Assembly (NCBI GenBank): GCA_030141605.1
Contig: JAQGDQ010000801.1
Span: 30,285 to 94,284, forward strand
DNA from: Tubiluchus corallicola
Taxonomy: Eukaryota > Animalia > Priapulida
Reading direction: 5' to 3'
DNA: 64,000 nucleotides
A program made the position numbers and the translations under genes. Below, piece after piece: positions 42,900 through 55,767 of this stretch. Each line of letters starts with the position of its first letter. The first letter of the stretch is position 1. The notes beneath the pieces are model-generated. The model was not told the DNA's origin, did not search any database, and saw only the letters and a list, made by a program, of their open reading frames with translations.

Positions 42900-43709
42900 A
42901 GTTTTGCAAATAGTTCGTTTAAAATTCAGTCATTTTATTTTTCAAGCTAGTCTTTCGACTAGAATCACTAACGAAAAAGTTGAAACAACTACAGTAGGAC
43001 GTCTGCCTACTCCTAGAGAGGAAAATTAGCATTCCGGCTGTTTGAGATATTCAATACACAACGCGAACAAATGGGAAGCTGCAGCTTTTAAAATGGAGCC
43101 TCTGGAGGATACGATACTGCAGGCTTGGTCGCTAATAAGTCACAAAGCCAGTCCACTGTTTGGTAATGAGAGACTGCTGACGAACAGATGGACAGAGAGC
43201 TAACAACTAAATAAACATATCATGTTTTCACTCGTGAGCACGTAGTAAACAAACAGCACGTGGCATCCGCCCACAACTGGAGTACTCTGGGACCTAAACA
43301 AAAACCTAAGAATTTTTATGACAGTTCTCCATGTCCATTTTTATTAAAGGAAAAGACAAGTTTTTTTGGACATTGGGTTTATTTTACTAGCTGTTAGAAC
43401 TTAGAAAGCTATAACAAAGAACTTTAGAGAAAACTCTCTACAAAGTATAAAGTTAATCTATACTACTGCTGTAAACATGCGCATGCGCGGTGGTAATTGG
43501 TGTAGTGGTTACACTAGAGTCTGCTTATTATAGTGGTCAAAGCTTAAACTTGTGACTATTAACCATAAACGCCCGTTTTGCATGAGAGTCGAACTGAGAA
43601 AGACGAATTAAAACAAAGAAACAGTGGAAATTGTAACAACGTGACTTGGCAGTTTGCCAAGAAACATGTAACTCTTGTCTCGAATGCAAAAAACAACAAG
43701 AGAAGTAAA

Positions 43710-43783
43710 CACCTTGACTGAGATTCGAACCCAAAACCTTCTGCCTTCCGGACAACTGTGCTAACCATTACACGACAATGGTT
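43710..43783 (-). pseudogene. Degenerate tRNA-like sequence (SINE head or pseudo-tRNA)
   Basis: A-box-like GTGTAATGGTTAGCAC and T-arm TTGGGTTCGAATCTCAG; anticodon arm and acceptor stem imperfect. Confidence 0.45.
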
Positions 43784-44139
43784 TCAATCTTATTTACCGT
43801 TTATATCTCTTAACCGTTCACAACATCTTTAACTTTTAAGAGGATTTAAATGCAAAGAGATGACTATATGTAGCTGTTGGCACTAAACTTTGTTGATCCT
43901 GGAAGGATCTTGGTCATTGACAATCCACTTCTATTGGCTCATGTGTTATGAAAAATTTGTTGAATTCTGAAAAAAAATGTCTTTGGGTAACGGTTAAGCC
44001 TTGTTGTCGGAACGTGAAAAGATGTGGATTCGAATCATAACAGAAACTAGTAAATAGCGAATCAAATATGCGTTGTTTTACCATTTTGTCAATAACTACG
44101 TTACGACATTTTTCAGAACCGGATGTAGCGAATTAATTG

Positions 44140-44146
44140 TTTTGTT

Positions 44147-44192
<46 letters not shown>

Positions 44193-44500
44193 CGTTGTCG
44201 TCGTCGTTGTCGCTGTTGTTGTTATTCTTGTTTTTGTTGCTGTTGTTGTCATCGTCATCGTTGTTGCTGTTGCTGTTACTGTTATTGTTGTTGTTGTTGT
44301 CGCCGTCGTTGTCGCTGTCGCTGTCGTTGTCGCTGTTGTTGTTCTTGTTGACGTTGATGTTATCATCGTCGTTGTTGCTGCTGCTGCCCTCTTGTTGTCG
44401 TTGTTACTGTTGTAGTGGTTACTGTTGTTACTGTTGCTGCTATCGCCGCTGTCTTGTTGTCGTTGTTACTGCTGAGGTCGTTGTCGTCGTCGCCGTCGTC
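44140..44500. repeat. (GTT/GTC)n microsatellite
   Basis: Directly visible. Confidence 0.95.
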
Positions 44501-44980
44501 ATATACTGATTAATAGTCCTATATGATTTTTTCTAGGACCACAGTAAATGTAGAAAAGTTGTCAATACTGTATCACACGAGAACCCTGACGATGATTTCA
44601 TTGAATTATCCACACGATGGTCACTTACATTCCACAGTAATTGCTGTTCCTGTTCTCAGAGTATTGTTCTCTTCACTGACTTAAGGAGCAAATATTTACC
44701 CACACCTGATTCTCTATTGCCATTGGCAGAATCTTAAAGAAAGTGAATTATTATCCTCGCTGTCGACCCAACGGAAACAGACCAAAAGTCGGCTTTCCTT
44801 TCACTGTCCATTGTATAAAAGCACTTCGTGTTGTGCTTAACATCTCTGTTCAACTGTGTTGAGTCGCTCATTCTCAGTAATTCAACCCAATTTCGAGTTT
44901 GAGTGAATGCTGATAACATCATCTGCCTCCCAGCATCCCAGCGTACCGCGTTTTCTCTGATCTCTGCTGCTTTAGGTTAA

Positions 44981-45430
44981 AGGACAAGACAAGGGGTACT
45001 TGAAGTAGGTTTCAGAAAAATCGCCTTGAAATTATACTACTTTACAGCAGTTTTATGCTTATATCGTATTCGTGTTGAAAGGAATTTTCGTTTGTTTTCA
45101 TTTTAAATCTCCTGCAATACTATTCCGACCGCGCCATTACATGACGTCATATACGCACAACGTAAATTTGGGAAGGAAACGAAGTGCTAATTTATGACCC
45201 AAAAAACTTTCAAATCTATATTACTTAGCATTTCACTTACCTGCTGGATAAGCTTATGTAACTAGACTAACAAATTAAAATGTTTGTGCCAATTGGTAAA
45301 ATGTCGCTGACTCACCCTCCAGGGTGCGCCACTCACTAGCCAAAAATGTATTTTTGATCTTATTGACAATATACAGTAAATTTTACTTAACTAGCAACAT
45401 GTGTGCTATGATGCCCCAATGAGTTTTAAA
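44981..45430 (+). mobile_element. Kolobok-like MITE K2, left part
   Basis: TTAA|AGGACAAGAC start; homology to 50001-50683. Confidence 0.7.
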
Positions 45431-45651
45431 AATTTCCTCTCAGAGACCGCCACAGTCTCTTGCAAGATCTGCTGTCATTTTGTTCAGACACATTAAATTG
45501 CAAAGCATGCAGGAACGTGTAATGAACGTTCATCACCTGTCCAACGTTCCTCACCTGTCCACGTATCCACACGCAAGCGTAATTTGTAACGTAATTAAGA
45601 GACGATTAAGCAGGTATCGTTTTATTACTTTGCGCAGCAGTAACCCCTAGG

Positions 45652-46283
45652 GTCTGACCCCGCTCACGGTCTGACAATGCTTAATTTCTAAAGTCCGTGC
45701 GCATCTCATTCGTATTGCATTAACATATCTGGCGTTAAAGAAGAAGGTCTTGGGTTCGAGTCCTAGTCTGACAATGCTTAATTTCTCAAGTCCGTACGCA
45801 TCTCATTCGTATTGCGTTAACATAGCTGGCGCTAAAGAAGAAGGTCTTGGGTTCGAGTCCTAGTCCGACCCCGCTCACAGTCTGACAATGTTTAATTTCT
45901 TAAGTCTATACGCATTCTCATTCGTATTGCATTAACATAGCTGGCGTTAAAGAAGAAGGTCTTGGGTTCGAGTCCTACTCTGACAATGCTTAATTTCTCA
46001 AGTCCGTACGCATCTCATTTGTATTGCTTTAACACAGTTGACGCCAAAGAAGAAGGTCTTGGGTTCGAGTCCTAGTCCGACCCCGCTCACAGTCTGACAA
46101 TGCTTAATTTCTCAAGTCCGTACGCATCTCATTCGTATTACTTTAACATAGTTGACGCCAAAGAAGAAGGTCTTGGGTTCGAGTCCTAGTCTGACAATGC
46201 TTAATTTCTTAAGTCCATATGCATCTCATTCGTATTGCTTTAACATAGTTGACGCCAAAGAAGAAGGTCTTTGGTTCGAGTCA
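45652..46283 (+). repeat. Tandem array of six tRNA B-box-containing units, alternating 97/114 bp
   Basis: CTGACAATG at 45671, 45768, 45882, 45980, 46094, 46191; each unit contains GGTTCGAGTC. Confidence 0.9.
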
Positions 46284-46661
46284 TCAATTTATTTAACACA
46301 GCTTTCCTTTACACCAGACTCTTGATGAACCAGCAGCCTTACAGAGAGAGATTGAAATTACAGCTATAGATTACACAGCGGCTACAAGTTGAACCACAAA
46401 GTGTAATTGATCATTAAACCCCCCATGAATGCATTCACATATTTTTACACAATAAAACTTGTCACACTTGTCAAAACACGAGGAAACGCGCACAATTTCA
46501 CCGGGCCATTCTATTGCTCTGGACATAAAACTGGTTTTATGCAGAAAAGCACAACCAGAAAGAAAATAACTCGACATGAACTCAGCAAGTGCAATAATGC
46601 TCCTAATAGAGTCCTTTGATTCCCCAAGAAAGCATACACGACACTGAATGAATAACTTTAA

Positions 46662-47107
46662 TCCTTTCATACCAGTTGTATACGAGAATATTTTTTGCCT
46701 TTAAAATTAATAAAATTTTAAAACTGACAGTTATTTGATCTGTTAATAGTTATTTTGATTTAAGTCAATAACAATAGACTAAAAATGGTGATAAAATGGC
46801 AAACTACAAAATCTACATAGCATAAAAACTGTGCAAGGAACAATACTTTAGAGACGACTTTGTACAGAACAGCATAGCAGGCATACTAAATGTCTTAAAT
46901 ACTTTAATAAATTATCAGCAGTTGCAAAATGAAGCACATTTTATGTTTCCATTGAATCCCAATGTATCCCGTGGGATACAGGCTATATTTAGCACGCGGG
47001 CACAGGTAGAAAAAAATAATTATTATGTGTAGACAAGACGGACATACTGAACAAAAGTACCAAATCAAAAAAAATTTTCTTATTAAAAAATAATTTGGGA
47101 CTGAAAG
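46662..47107 (+). mobile_element. piggyBac-like MITE, same family as 59319-59779
   Basis: TTAA|TCCTTTCATACC start; ends ...TTTGGGACTGAAAG. Confidence 0.75.
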
Positions 47108-47347
47108 ACTGAAAGAGTAAAGGACAAACAAAGGGACACCTGAAGTAGGTTTATGTTTCATAGACATTTTTAAACTTATTTGTTACATTTTTTAAGTTTA
47201 AGTGACAACAGTAAAATAAACCCGACATGCTAAGTGACCTCTTCTTTCCGTTAATGAAATTTTGATACGAAAATCAGGAAATGTGAAAAAGTTTCGTACT
47301 GTTTGGATTCGAACGCGAGCCTTCTGCTTACAAGGCTAATGCCTTAA

Positions 47348-47740
47348 ACGACAAGAAGGGGTACCTAAAATAGGTTTCAGAAAATTCGTCTTAAAAAATT
47401 ACACTACTTTACAGCAATTTTATGCGTATATCGTACTCGTGTTGAAAGGAATTTTTGTTTGTTTTCATTTTAAATCTCCCCCATACTGTTCCGTCGGCGC
47501 CATTACATGACGTCACTATGCAAACGTAAATCAGGGAAAGAAAAGGCAATGTTAAATTATGTCCCAAAAAACTTTCCATGCAAATCTATAATATTACTTA
47601 GCATTTCGCTTACCTGCTGAAAAGACTTATGTAACTAAAAACAATCATTTAAAATGTTCGCCATGGGTGGGCCACTCACTAACCAAAAAAACGTATTTTT
47701 AATCTTCTTGACAAGGTACAGTAATTTAAAATTTTACTTT
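47348..47740 (+). mobile_element. Kolobok-like MITE K2, partial
   Basis: Homology to 50001-50430. Confidence 0.7.
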
Positions 47741-48017
47741 ATGCTTTATAGATAGTATTTCTCAAATTTCTTTGCTGTATCTTAACAAGTTTGAGTGATA
47801 ATAGTAAAATAAACCCATCATACTGTGTGAGTTGTTCTTTTCTTTAATCATAAAACTGACGTAATGCACATTATTTGCACATGCGCAGTAATTTTAACTC
47901 AGCAATGTGGTGTGAGTTTTGATATGATGATGTTTTACTTGCGAATTTCTGTCATCATGGTTACACGAGGTAAAGAAGAAGTTAACGCGTGTACAGCTAA
48001 AGTTGTCCACATGCCGA

Positions 48018-48863
48018 TTACGGTCTCGGGAATTCAATGCAATCGCTAGCAACCACGTTGCCGTTGTCGTCGACAGTTTCTTGAAGAATGTTCGTGAGGG
48101 AAAGTTTGCAATATTGTTTACAAGATGGCGCCTCGAAGATGGTACTTGGATCCGAGGTCCTGACCTTCCAACATGGCGTTCCCTCTACGCTAAAGCAAGG
48201 TATGTTACATCTCTTAGACCCCACCTTTCGACGAGAGACATCCTGCGTGGAATAGTCTGGTAAACAACGGGCTCCCTTCGGTAGACATCTCTTGACCATG
48301 GCCATGTAGCCTCGATTTGAACCACAAGGGAAGCATTCCGGGCGAGGTTCTGACCATGTCCCGACAACTGCAGCTCTTTTCACAACAAGTCTTTTGGGAG
48401 ATTCCATCTTTGATGAGACATCCCTGGAAACCTTTTGAGCGTCAACATGGTGAACGAGATTGCTCGTATTGCTGCAGGACGAGCTGATGCATACTGTTTT
48501 ACGGTCACATACATAAAATCTTTCTGGGCAAATAGAAGGACTGGCGTTACAGTCATCTTCGTCACTGCCGTCATCGCAGTGTGGAAATCCGTCACACTTG
48601 TACTTTTCCCAGTAACACTGCTGTCTGTTTTTGCAAGTAAAGAAGTTGTCCTTACACCAGAATGACTGGCAGTCTTGAGTCCCTCCACAACTCGGATACT
48701 GGCTACAGTTGAACGCGCTGGGCAGACAGGAAAATCCACCTGGATTAGGAGCTAAGCAGTTGTAGCATTCTGCTAACTTACCTCTTGGGAACGTTGACAC
48801 TTTTACACTAAACAACAAACATATTAGTACAGCTGCTAACGTACAAATGTTTAGCTCTGCCAT
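48018..48863 (-). CDS. Secreted Cys-rich LDLa-domain protein with C-terminal TSP1-like module, paralogue 1 (281 aa)
   Basis: Signal peptide MAELNICTLAAVLICLLFSVKVST; LDLa WCKDNFFTCKNRQQCYWEKYKCDGFPHCDDGSDEDDC; KRLVVKR site; GTWSEPRPECFPCG...KRC. Confidence 0.85.
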   Translation of the reverse strand: MAELNICTLAAVLICLLFSVKVSTFPRGKLAECYNCLAPNPGGFSCLPSAFNCSQYPSCGGTQDCQSFWCKDNFFTCKNRQQCYWEKYKCDGFPHCDDGSDEDDCNASPSICPERFYVCDRKTVCISSSCSNTSNLVHHVDAQKVSRDVSSKMESPKRLVVKRAAVVGTWSEPRPECFPCGSNRGYMAMVKRCLPKGARCLPDYSTQDVSRRKVGSKRCNIPCFSVEGTPCWKVRTSDPSTIFEAPSCKQYCKLSLTNILQETVDDNGNVVASDCIEFPRP

Positions 48864-49259
48864 AATTGATCGTTGTAAATTTACTAAATAAAATATTCTA
48901 AAAAAAATAGTAACAGAACGTAAAGGCGCAGACAATGGAGTCGTATAGAACACCTTTTTAATTTAAATATCTTCGTTTGCATAATTATTTGTTGATCTGT
49001 TAAGTAATTTTCATTTACCGAGCTAAGCTTTACAGTAAAATAATTGGTTAAAGTCTATTTATTCTTGTGGTTAAAGCTGCTTGCTGATTATTGTTGTTAA
49101 TTGCGCGGCCGGGCTTGGGACCGGCACTGAGTTGGACTGGCTTGCCCCCCCCCCCGCAGTGGCTAGGTTGAATTGAATAACAAGAAATAAGTGAAATAAA
49201 TATGTAACGAAGTTACAATTTCGTCTTGATGAGGTGTGTCAATCTTCTAACAGGCGTAA

Positions 49260-49734
49260 AAAACACAAAAATTAGAATATTCTCAGGCTTAGTTGAAACT
49301 ATATTTCTGTATAACTCTGAGCTCTGGACATTAAAAGCAAATCATAAAGCTGAAATCGATGCGTTTCAAAGGCTAAATAACAGAAACATTTTGGGTATCA
49401 GATGGCCAAAGAAAATTTCAAAAACAAAGATCTATATAAAAAAAACAAAAGAAGAACCTTGGACAAGAAAAATAAAAAGACGCCGTTTAAGATGGATTGG
49501 GCATATGCTTAGACTACCTGATGATATTCCAGTGAAGATAGCTCTTCAACAAGCCATAGAACCAGCTAAAAAACCTGCAGGAGGACAAATGTTAACATAT
49601 TTTGATTTTGCACAGAAAGATTTAAACACTTCAGCATTGATCCTTAGAAATAAATGTACTTGGGGCATTGTGGCGAGCAGGGAGTCCTGGCATAGGGAGG
49701 TGAGCAGAATCATGTCACTGGACGTGTGATTCAT

Positions 49735-49808
<74 letters not shown>

Positions 49809-49812
49809 CGAT
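49260..49812 (+). mobile_element. RTE-clade LINE 3' fragment
   Basis: TKIRIFSGLVETIFLYNSELWTL...IKRRRLRWIGHMLRL; (GAT)n tail. Confidence 0.9.
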
Positions 49813-50000
49813 GAAAAAACACCTGTAACCTGTAAATGATGCAAAACACCTGAGTCTGTTCACACTTCACTCAGTTGCAAGTGTTGAAAAGTGTTTTGCA
49901 GTGTTCACAATATCTAAAATATTGTTTTGCCGCATAGAAAAGCTTCTGCATGAGATGTGTAATTGTTGTAGATTCCAGGTTTCAAATTGTGCGTATTTAA

Positions 50001-50683
50001 AGGACAAGAAAAGGGGTACCTGAAGTAGGTTTCAGAAAAATCGTCTTAAAAAATTATATTACTTTATAGCAATTTTATGCGTATATCTTACTCGCACTAA
50101 AAGGAATTTTAGTTTGTCTTCATTTTAAATCTCCGACAATACTGTTCCGAAGTCGCCATTACATGACGTCATGCACCAAACGTAAATCAAGGGAAGAAAA
50201 GGTAATGTTAAATTATGTCTCAAAAGATCTTCCATGCAAATCTATGTTACTTAGATTTTCGATTACCTACTAAAAATACTTATGTAACTAGAAAAGAAAA
50301 TTATGAATTATTAAAAATGTTTTCACCAATTGGTAAAATGTCGCTGACTCACCCTCCAGGGTGCACCACTCACTAACCAAAAACGTATTTTTAATCTTAT
50401 TGACAAGATACAGTAATTTAAAATTTTATTTAGTTAGTGACTTGTGCGCTACGAATGCTCTGATTATTTTTTCAAACTTTACAAAATGTTATCAAAACTT
50501 GTTTCAAATGACCTGTCGTCAAAATGGCTGCGTCTAACGGCCATCGCGGGAGTTTAAATTTACATGTTTTATACAGCGTTACTGCCGATTGAAGTCCTGC
50601 ATGCAAAAAGGCTGTATGTAAGTGATATAAAATTTCAAAACGAATTTTTCAAGCTTTATGTTTATGAAGGGTTTTCTTGTGCT
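50001..50683 (+). mobile_element. Kolobok-like MITE K2, full length (683 bp)
   Basis: TTAA TSD; TIR AGGACAAGAAAA / TTTTCTTGTGCT (11/12 match). Confidence 0.85.
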
Positions 50684-51466
50684 TTAAGGCCATTTGAGCT
50701 GGATGTTACATGGTGCTGCCATCTAGCAACGAAAATAATGCGAAAGCAATTTAATTTTGGCCTTCCGATGAACCTTTGAGCATCGCAGCTTTTGAGTTTT
50801 GAAACATATAGACAGTGTCGGCTCTACCACTAGACAAACAAGCAGTCGACTGAGGCGCCAAATTTAGCGGCCGTCAAATTCTGGAACTACTGTTTAGTTT
50901 TTAAATTTAACTTCAATATTAAAAATAACACAGTGTTACTTAACTGCACGACACGTTAATTAAAGCAAAACCGGACCCAATTTTAAACTGTAGGTCAACA
51001 CTGCTAGATTTTCCTACATTTTCATCAGGAGGGCGCCACACGCTCTAGCTACATCACTGCTGAATTACAAAAAATTTACCAACTTCCAAGAAACAGGCCT
51101 TTAAGCAACTAGCAGCATTACGAAAACGGGGCAAGTAATGCGTCAGTAGTTATATATGCCTTATTAACTGGAACCAGTGACGCATTTGCGGATGTACAAT
51201 AAACGCGGTGTACCAAACTTGGCTTATGCATTCCATGTGTAATAGCTAGGCAGTTTATTAAATTATGAAGCCACACTGAATATATTTATGTTTCAAGTGT
51301 GAATATTCTAAGTTTGAATCGGGACGTTGTCCTGGAAAAGCGGATATCCTGGTTTGTGTCCTCCTGGAGTGACGACGTACGGTTTAGTTTGAAAATTTGG
51401 CATGTTTCAACCTAGAGGATCGTGTTACTGTGATTTTAATTTTCCTTTTGATTTCAATGTGTGCAA

Positions 51467-52062
51467 CGGACCCATCTTAAACTGTAGGTCCAAAACAATC
51501 TACTCTTCAAAATATTGAAAGGAAACATACTATTTTTTTTTCAAAAATGACTTACGTGAAAAAGTTATTACGACACAAACACAATTTCGCGTTCGCGTCA
51601 CTAGTTCTTCGCTGTTACATGCATTTCGCCATTTTCTAGTTAGACGGCCACTAGCGCCTGCATTTCGGAAACGCATTGCACAAAAAACAGGTGATGTACC
51701 TTCCAGTTCATATGTGTTAGTTTGTGACAAACAGGGTGAGCACAGCGGTAAATTCGAAATTTGAATTTTTATCTTAAAACTTGTCTAGTTTTAGTACAGC
51801 AAATTGAATATCTTACACTAGCACTGTACTTCAATTTTCGCTTATGCAAACACGTGCAACACGCTCGTGGAATACTTTTGCTATTAAAAATTGTGTTGGT
51901 TTGTGATGTCATCGATAGTTGGGCTCGCTCGCCGTTAATTAAGTTCTTAACTATTATTTAATTATCAGAAACGCTTTTGCAGTATTAATTGTGTTAAAAT
52001 GTATACTTTTTATCGTACTTGAAAATAGGTTAGTATATTAAAAATTATACATATGTCTTCCT
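51467..52062 (+). mobile_element. Kolobok-like MITE K1; a detached left end lies at ~50964
   Basis: Homology to 30591-31206. Confidence 0.75.
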
Positions 52063-52283
52063 ACATATACACACAGGCATATTATTAAAAAGGGAAGCTA
52101 TGGATACAATGATGAGATACTAATTTCAGAGATATATGCAGTTGTTACACAAAATCATCCTAATTACTGAAGTTTGTACTACATTACATTACTGTTTGTA
52201 CAGTAATAATGGTGCTTGAGCGAACAATATTACTCTGGATACGTCTCGGGAAGGCCAAAATATTTTCTCTTTTTAGACATAAT

Positions 52284-52666
52284 CAGGCCCTATTTCAGGG
52301 GGGGGGGGAGTTTGCCTTGTGCGGCTCGGTGCCGATGTTCAGCTGTTTTCAATTTCGGAATTTCTAACACCGGCTTGTACGGAAGTGAGAGTACGGTATT
52401 ACATATTGTAAAGATGTTGTTTTTGATTTGACTATTTGACAAATATTAAGGACTGGTCTTGAGAATAAAGCAGCTTTTCTTTCAATTGTTCTTTCCTTTA
52501 ACAACTGTATAACTCCATATTTTCTCTTCGAAAATGCTTCTCCGGCGTTCAAGCAGTTCAAAAATTTTCTGGGCGTCAACCATGGTGGCGACCGACACCC
52601 CCCCGCCCCGAGGGGGACTCACACGCTCCACTTCCCCGCGCTTCGCTTAGGCTGAAATAGGCCCTC
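52284..52666 (-). mobile_element. hAT-like MITE, same family as 8722-9342, without (GA)n
   Basis: TIRs CAGGCCCTATTTCAG / CTGAAATAGGCCCTC; 8-bp TSD GACATAAT. Confidence 0.88.
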
Positions 52667-52882
52667 GACATAATTAATCATTTCGGGAATTTCTAAACTA
52701 AAACGTAAAAAGTAATTCAACTAGCAAAGAATCACAGTGAATTAAATAAATTTTCTAAATTGTTAAAAACATTTTAAATTTAATATCATGTTAATAATCT
52801 AGTAGTGTATTGCGTCCAATTTCTTAAGAAATTTACAAAGTAAATGTAAAATGCATTTGGAATCATTTTGAAAAGCTTATAC

Positions 52883-53600
<718 letters not shown>

Positions 53601-53839
53601 CTTCAATTGCAAGGCTTTTTTGTTTTAATTATTTTGATTTTCATTGATTCAAAATTTAAACTGTTTAAAGAGAATAAATTATCGTGTGGCTGAATAAATA
53701 ATCTTTTTTGCTGTTTTCTTTCAGTGGTATCTGATATACAGTCTGCGCAAAACGTTGTTCTCGGAATTCTCTGCATTGTTTGTAGGAATTTGGCTGGCCA
53801 AAATTGTACTGGACAGTGTACACTTAGCATCTCTTAGCA

Positions 53840-54439
53840 ATGGCCATGATACCAGCAAATGTAGTCAACAAGCCGAACTACGTGGTACAAGAAATGGCTG
53901 TACAAAATATGGCGACCGTGCAGCAAAAGCAAGACAGACACCTAGCGGGAGATATAACAACTAAGAAACTGGCGTTTGCTGCAGCGATCACTCAAATGGT
54001 TTTTGGTTTGATTTTTCTGCTTTTGCAAGTTATTGTGGTTTCTGTGACCTGTCGTGGTTGTGACGGAGCGTTGATTGGCTTATGGGCAGGCATTGTGTTT
54101 ACAGTCACAGGAATTGTGGGATGTGTAGGAAGATTTAAGGACAGACCAGGAGTGTGGATAGGTTTCATGGTGTTATCTATTATTTCTGCAATAATAACAT
54201 GCATAGCGTTAATTATAGCTGGTTTTGTAGCTCTATTTACAGGTTCATCGGATCAAAACAGCACAGTTCACAATATTCACGTAACGTACGTTGCCTTCTG
54301 TGTACTAGAATTTATTACATCCCTTTTGTCAGCTGTAGTGTGCTGCAAGTTAGTGTACTGTAGAGTGACAGATTACAGCAAAAATCAAATGATAATCGTA
54401 CCAGCATCAGCTACTGAACCAGGAAGGATGAGCCAGTAA
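53840..54439 (+). CDS. MS4A/CD20-like four-transmembrane protein (199 aa; possibly 250 aa)
   Basis: Four hydrophobic helices with CD20-family-like AITQMVFG, GLWAGIVFTVTGIVG, FMVLSIISA and VLEFITSLLSAVVCCK; intronless. Confidence 0.8.
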   Translation: MAMIPANVVNKPNYVVQEMAVQNMATVQQKQDRHLAGDITTKKLAFAAAITQMVFGLIFLLLQVIVVSVTCRGCDGALIGLWAGIVFTVTGIVGCVGRFKDRPGVWIGFMVLSIISAIITCIALIIAGFVALFTGSSDQNSTVHNIHVTYVAFCVLEFITSLLSAVVCCKLVYCRVTDYSKNQMIIVPASATEPGRMSQ

Positions 54440-54721
54440 GTGGTTGCCATCAATCCAGAGCAGAAGACGGAAAATGTGTACGACCTTCCTTATGTTACAC
54501 CACTTCCGCCGACGATGTCTGCAGGTCCTGCACTACCTCCTCGACCAGATGAATTTCATGGCGGCTGTAGGACTTCTTTTTCTCACACCTGAACAAACGT
54601 TTTGGTACTTATTCTATTAGTAAACACTCATAAGCTTGCTAAGTCATATATTGTTTTAAGTGAAGCATTGCTTTTAATAGTTTATGAGTGTTTTTCTAAG
54701 CTGCAGTAATGGTATTAACAG

Positions 54722-55107
54722 TAGGGGTGAGCATCGAACGTTTTTTTAGTTCGAACTCGATTCGAATCCAAAACTATAGATGAGAATAATTCAGCACTTC
54801 AATCACATATGTTCCTGATCATTAAAACGATTGAAACATCATGCAATTAGCATAATTTAGCTGTGATTTCTGTGCACAATTTTAAACAAATTACTAGTCG
54901 TTTTATTGCAGAACGAAATCTAGCGATATGCATGATCTTTGTACGACTAATTTTTACTGGTGGTTGGAAAACGTGTTCGAAAATCGTTCAATCTCAACTC
55001 GAATTCGGTTCGAATTCGAAACACTGAAGTTCGGTTCGATTCGAATTCGAAAGTCGCAAATTCGGTTCGATTCGAATTCGCCTTCTGGTAGAGAATGCTC
55101 ACCCTAA
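54722..55107. mobile_element. hAT-like MITE with TTCGA-rich subterminal repeats
   Basis: TIRs TAGGGGTGAGCAT / ATGCTCACCCTAA; 8-bp TSD ATTAACAG. Confidence 0.85.
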
Positions 55108-55294
55108 ATTAACAGGTGCGGTAGCGGCATTAACAGTGGCATTTTAGCAGTGTTATTTTGCAGAAGTTAACAATGAAGTCATTAAATTGATTAATTACTT
55201 TTAATATAGGCATTTGTTTGTTTGTATGTAATGCCATAGAATAGTACCTAATTGTCCTGCTTGATTGGCAGTCCAAAGTTTCTGCTCAATTCCT

Positions 55295-55609
55295 TCATTT
55301 GGGGTACTCTTCTGGGAAATCGTAACTCTTGGAGCTACGCCCTATCCAGAACACAAAACGGCTGGTGAGGTCGTTGAAGCCATCAGAAAAGGATACCGCA
55401 TGGAGTGTCCTCCGGGCTGCTCAGAGGAGTTGTATGAGCTGATCGAAGTTTGCTGGCGTGAAAGTCCCGATGACAGACCAAGCTTTCAGCAACTGCTTCA
55501 ACAGTTACAGCAGATGCTGGAAGAGGTCAGTGGCTACGAATCATCTGATTATAAGCTCATTGATGTCTATCAGGACCTCATGGCGGGTAACATTGACGAA
55601 ATTGTCTGA
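55295..55609 (+). pseudogene. Orphan receptor tyrosine kinase C-lobe fragment (subdomains IX-XI plus tail)
   Basis: SFGVLFWEIVTLGATPYP...GYRMECPPGCSEELYELIEVCWRESPDDRPSF. No upstream kinase motifs and no acceptor at the usual W|S junction. Confidence 0.75.
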
Positions 55610-55767
55610 TTGTGTGCAAACTTTGATCAAATCATTCTGACCCTCGAAACAAAGTGAAACGGTAGTTAAATCTTCATTAGTTGTTAAACATTTGAAGAGG
55701 CGATGATGAAATCGATTAGCTACTTCCATTGTAAAGCGAGCACGCGTGTGACAAAAGTAAAATAATT

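Noticed and set aside
44560-44970. Minus-strand peptide faintly like a fucolectin/FTP domain (TKCFYT...DFWSVSVG)
   Set aside because: Similarity is too weak, with multiple stops and frameshifts; it would need an HMM search.
45652-46283. Hammerhead ribozyme / retrozyme array
   Set aside because: Units lack the CTGANGA...GAAA catalytic core.
54435-55609. MS4A-kinase fusion by splicing from CA|GTAAGT to the AG at 55277-55278
   Set aside because: Phase-compatible, but the acceptor lacks a polypyrimidine tract and the product would have only half a kinase domain; unsupported without RNA data.
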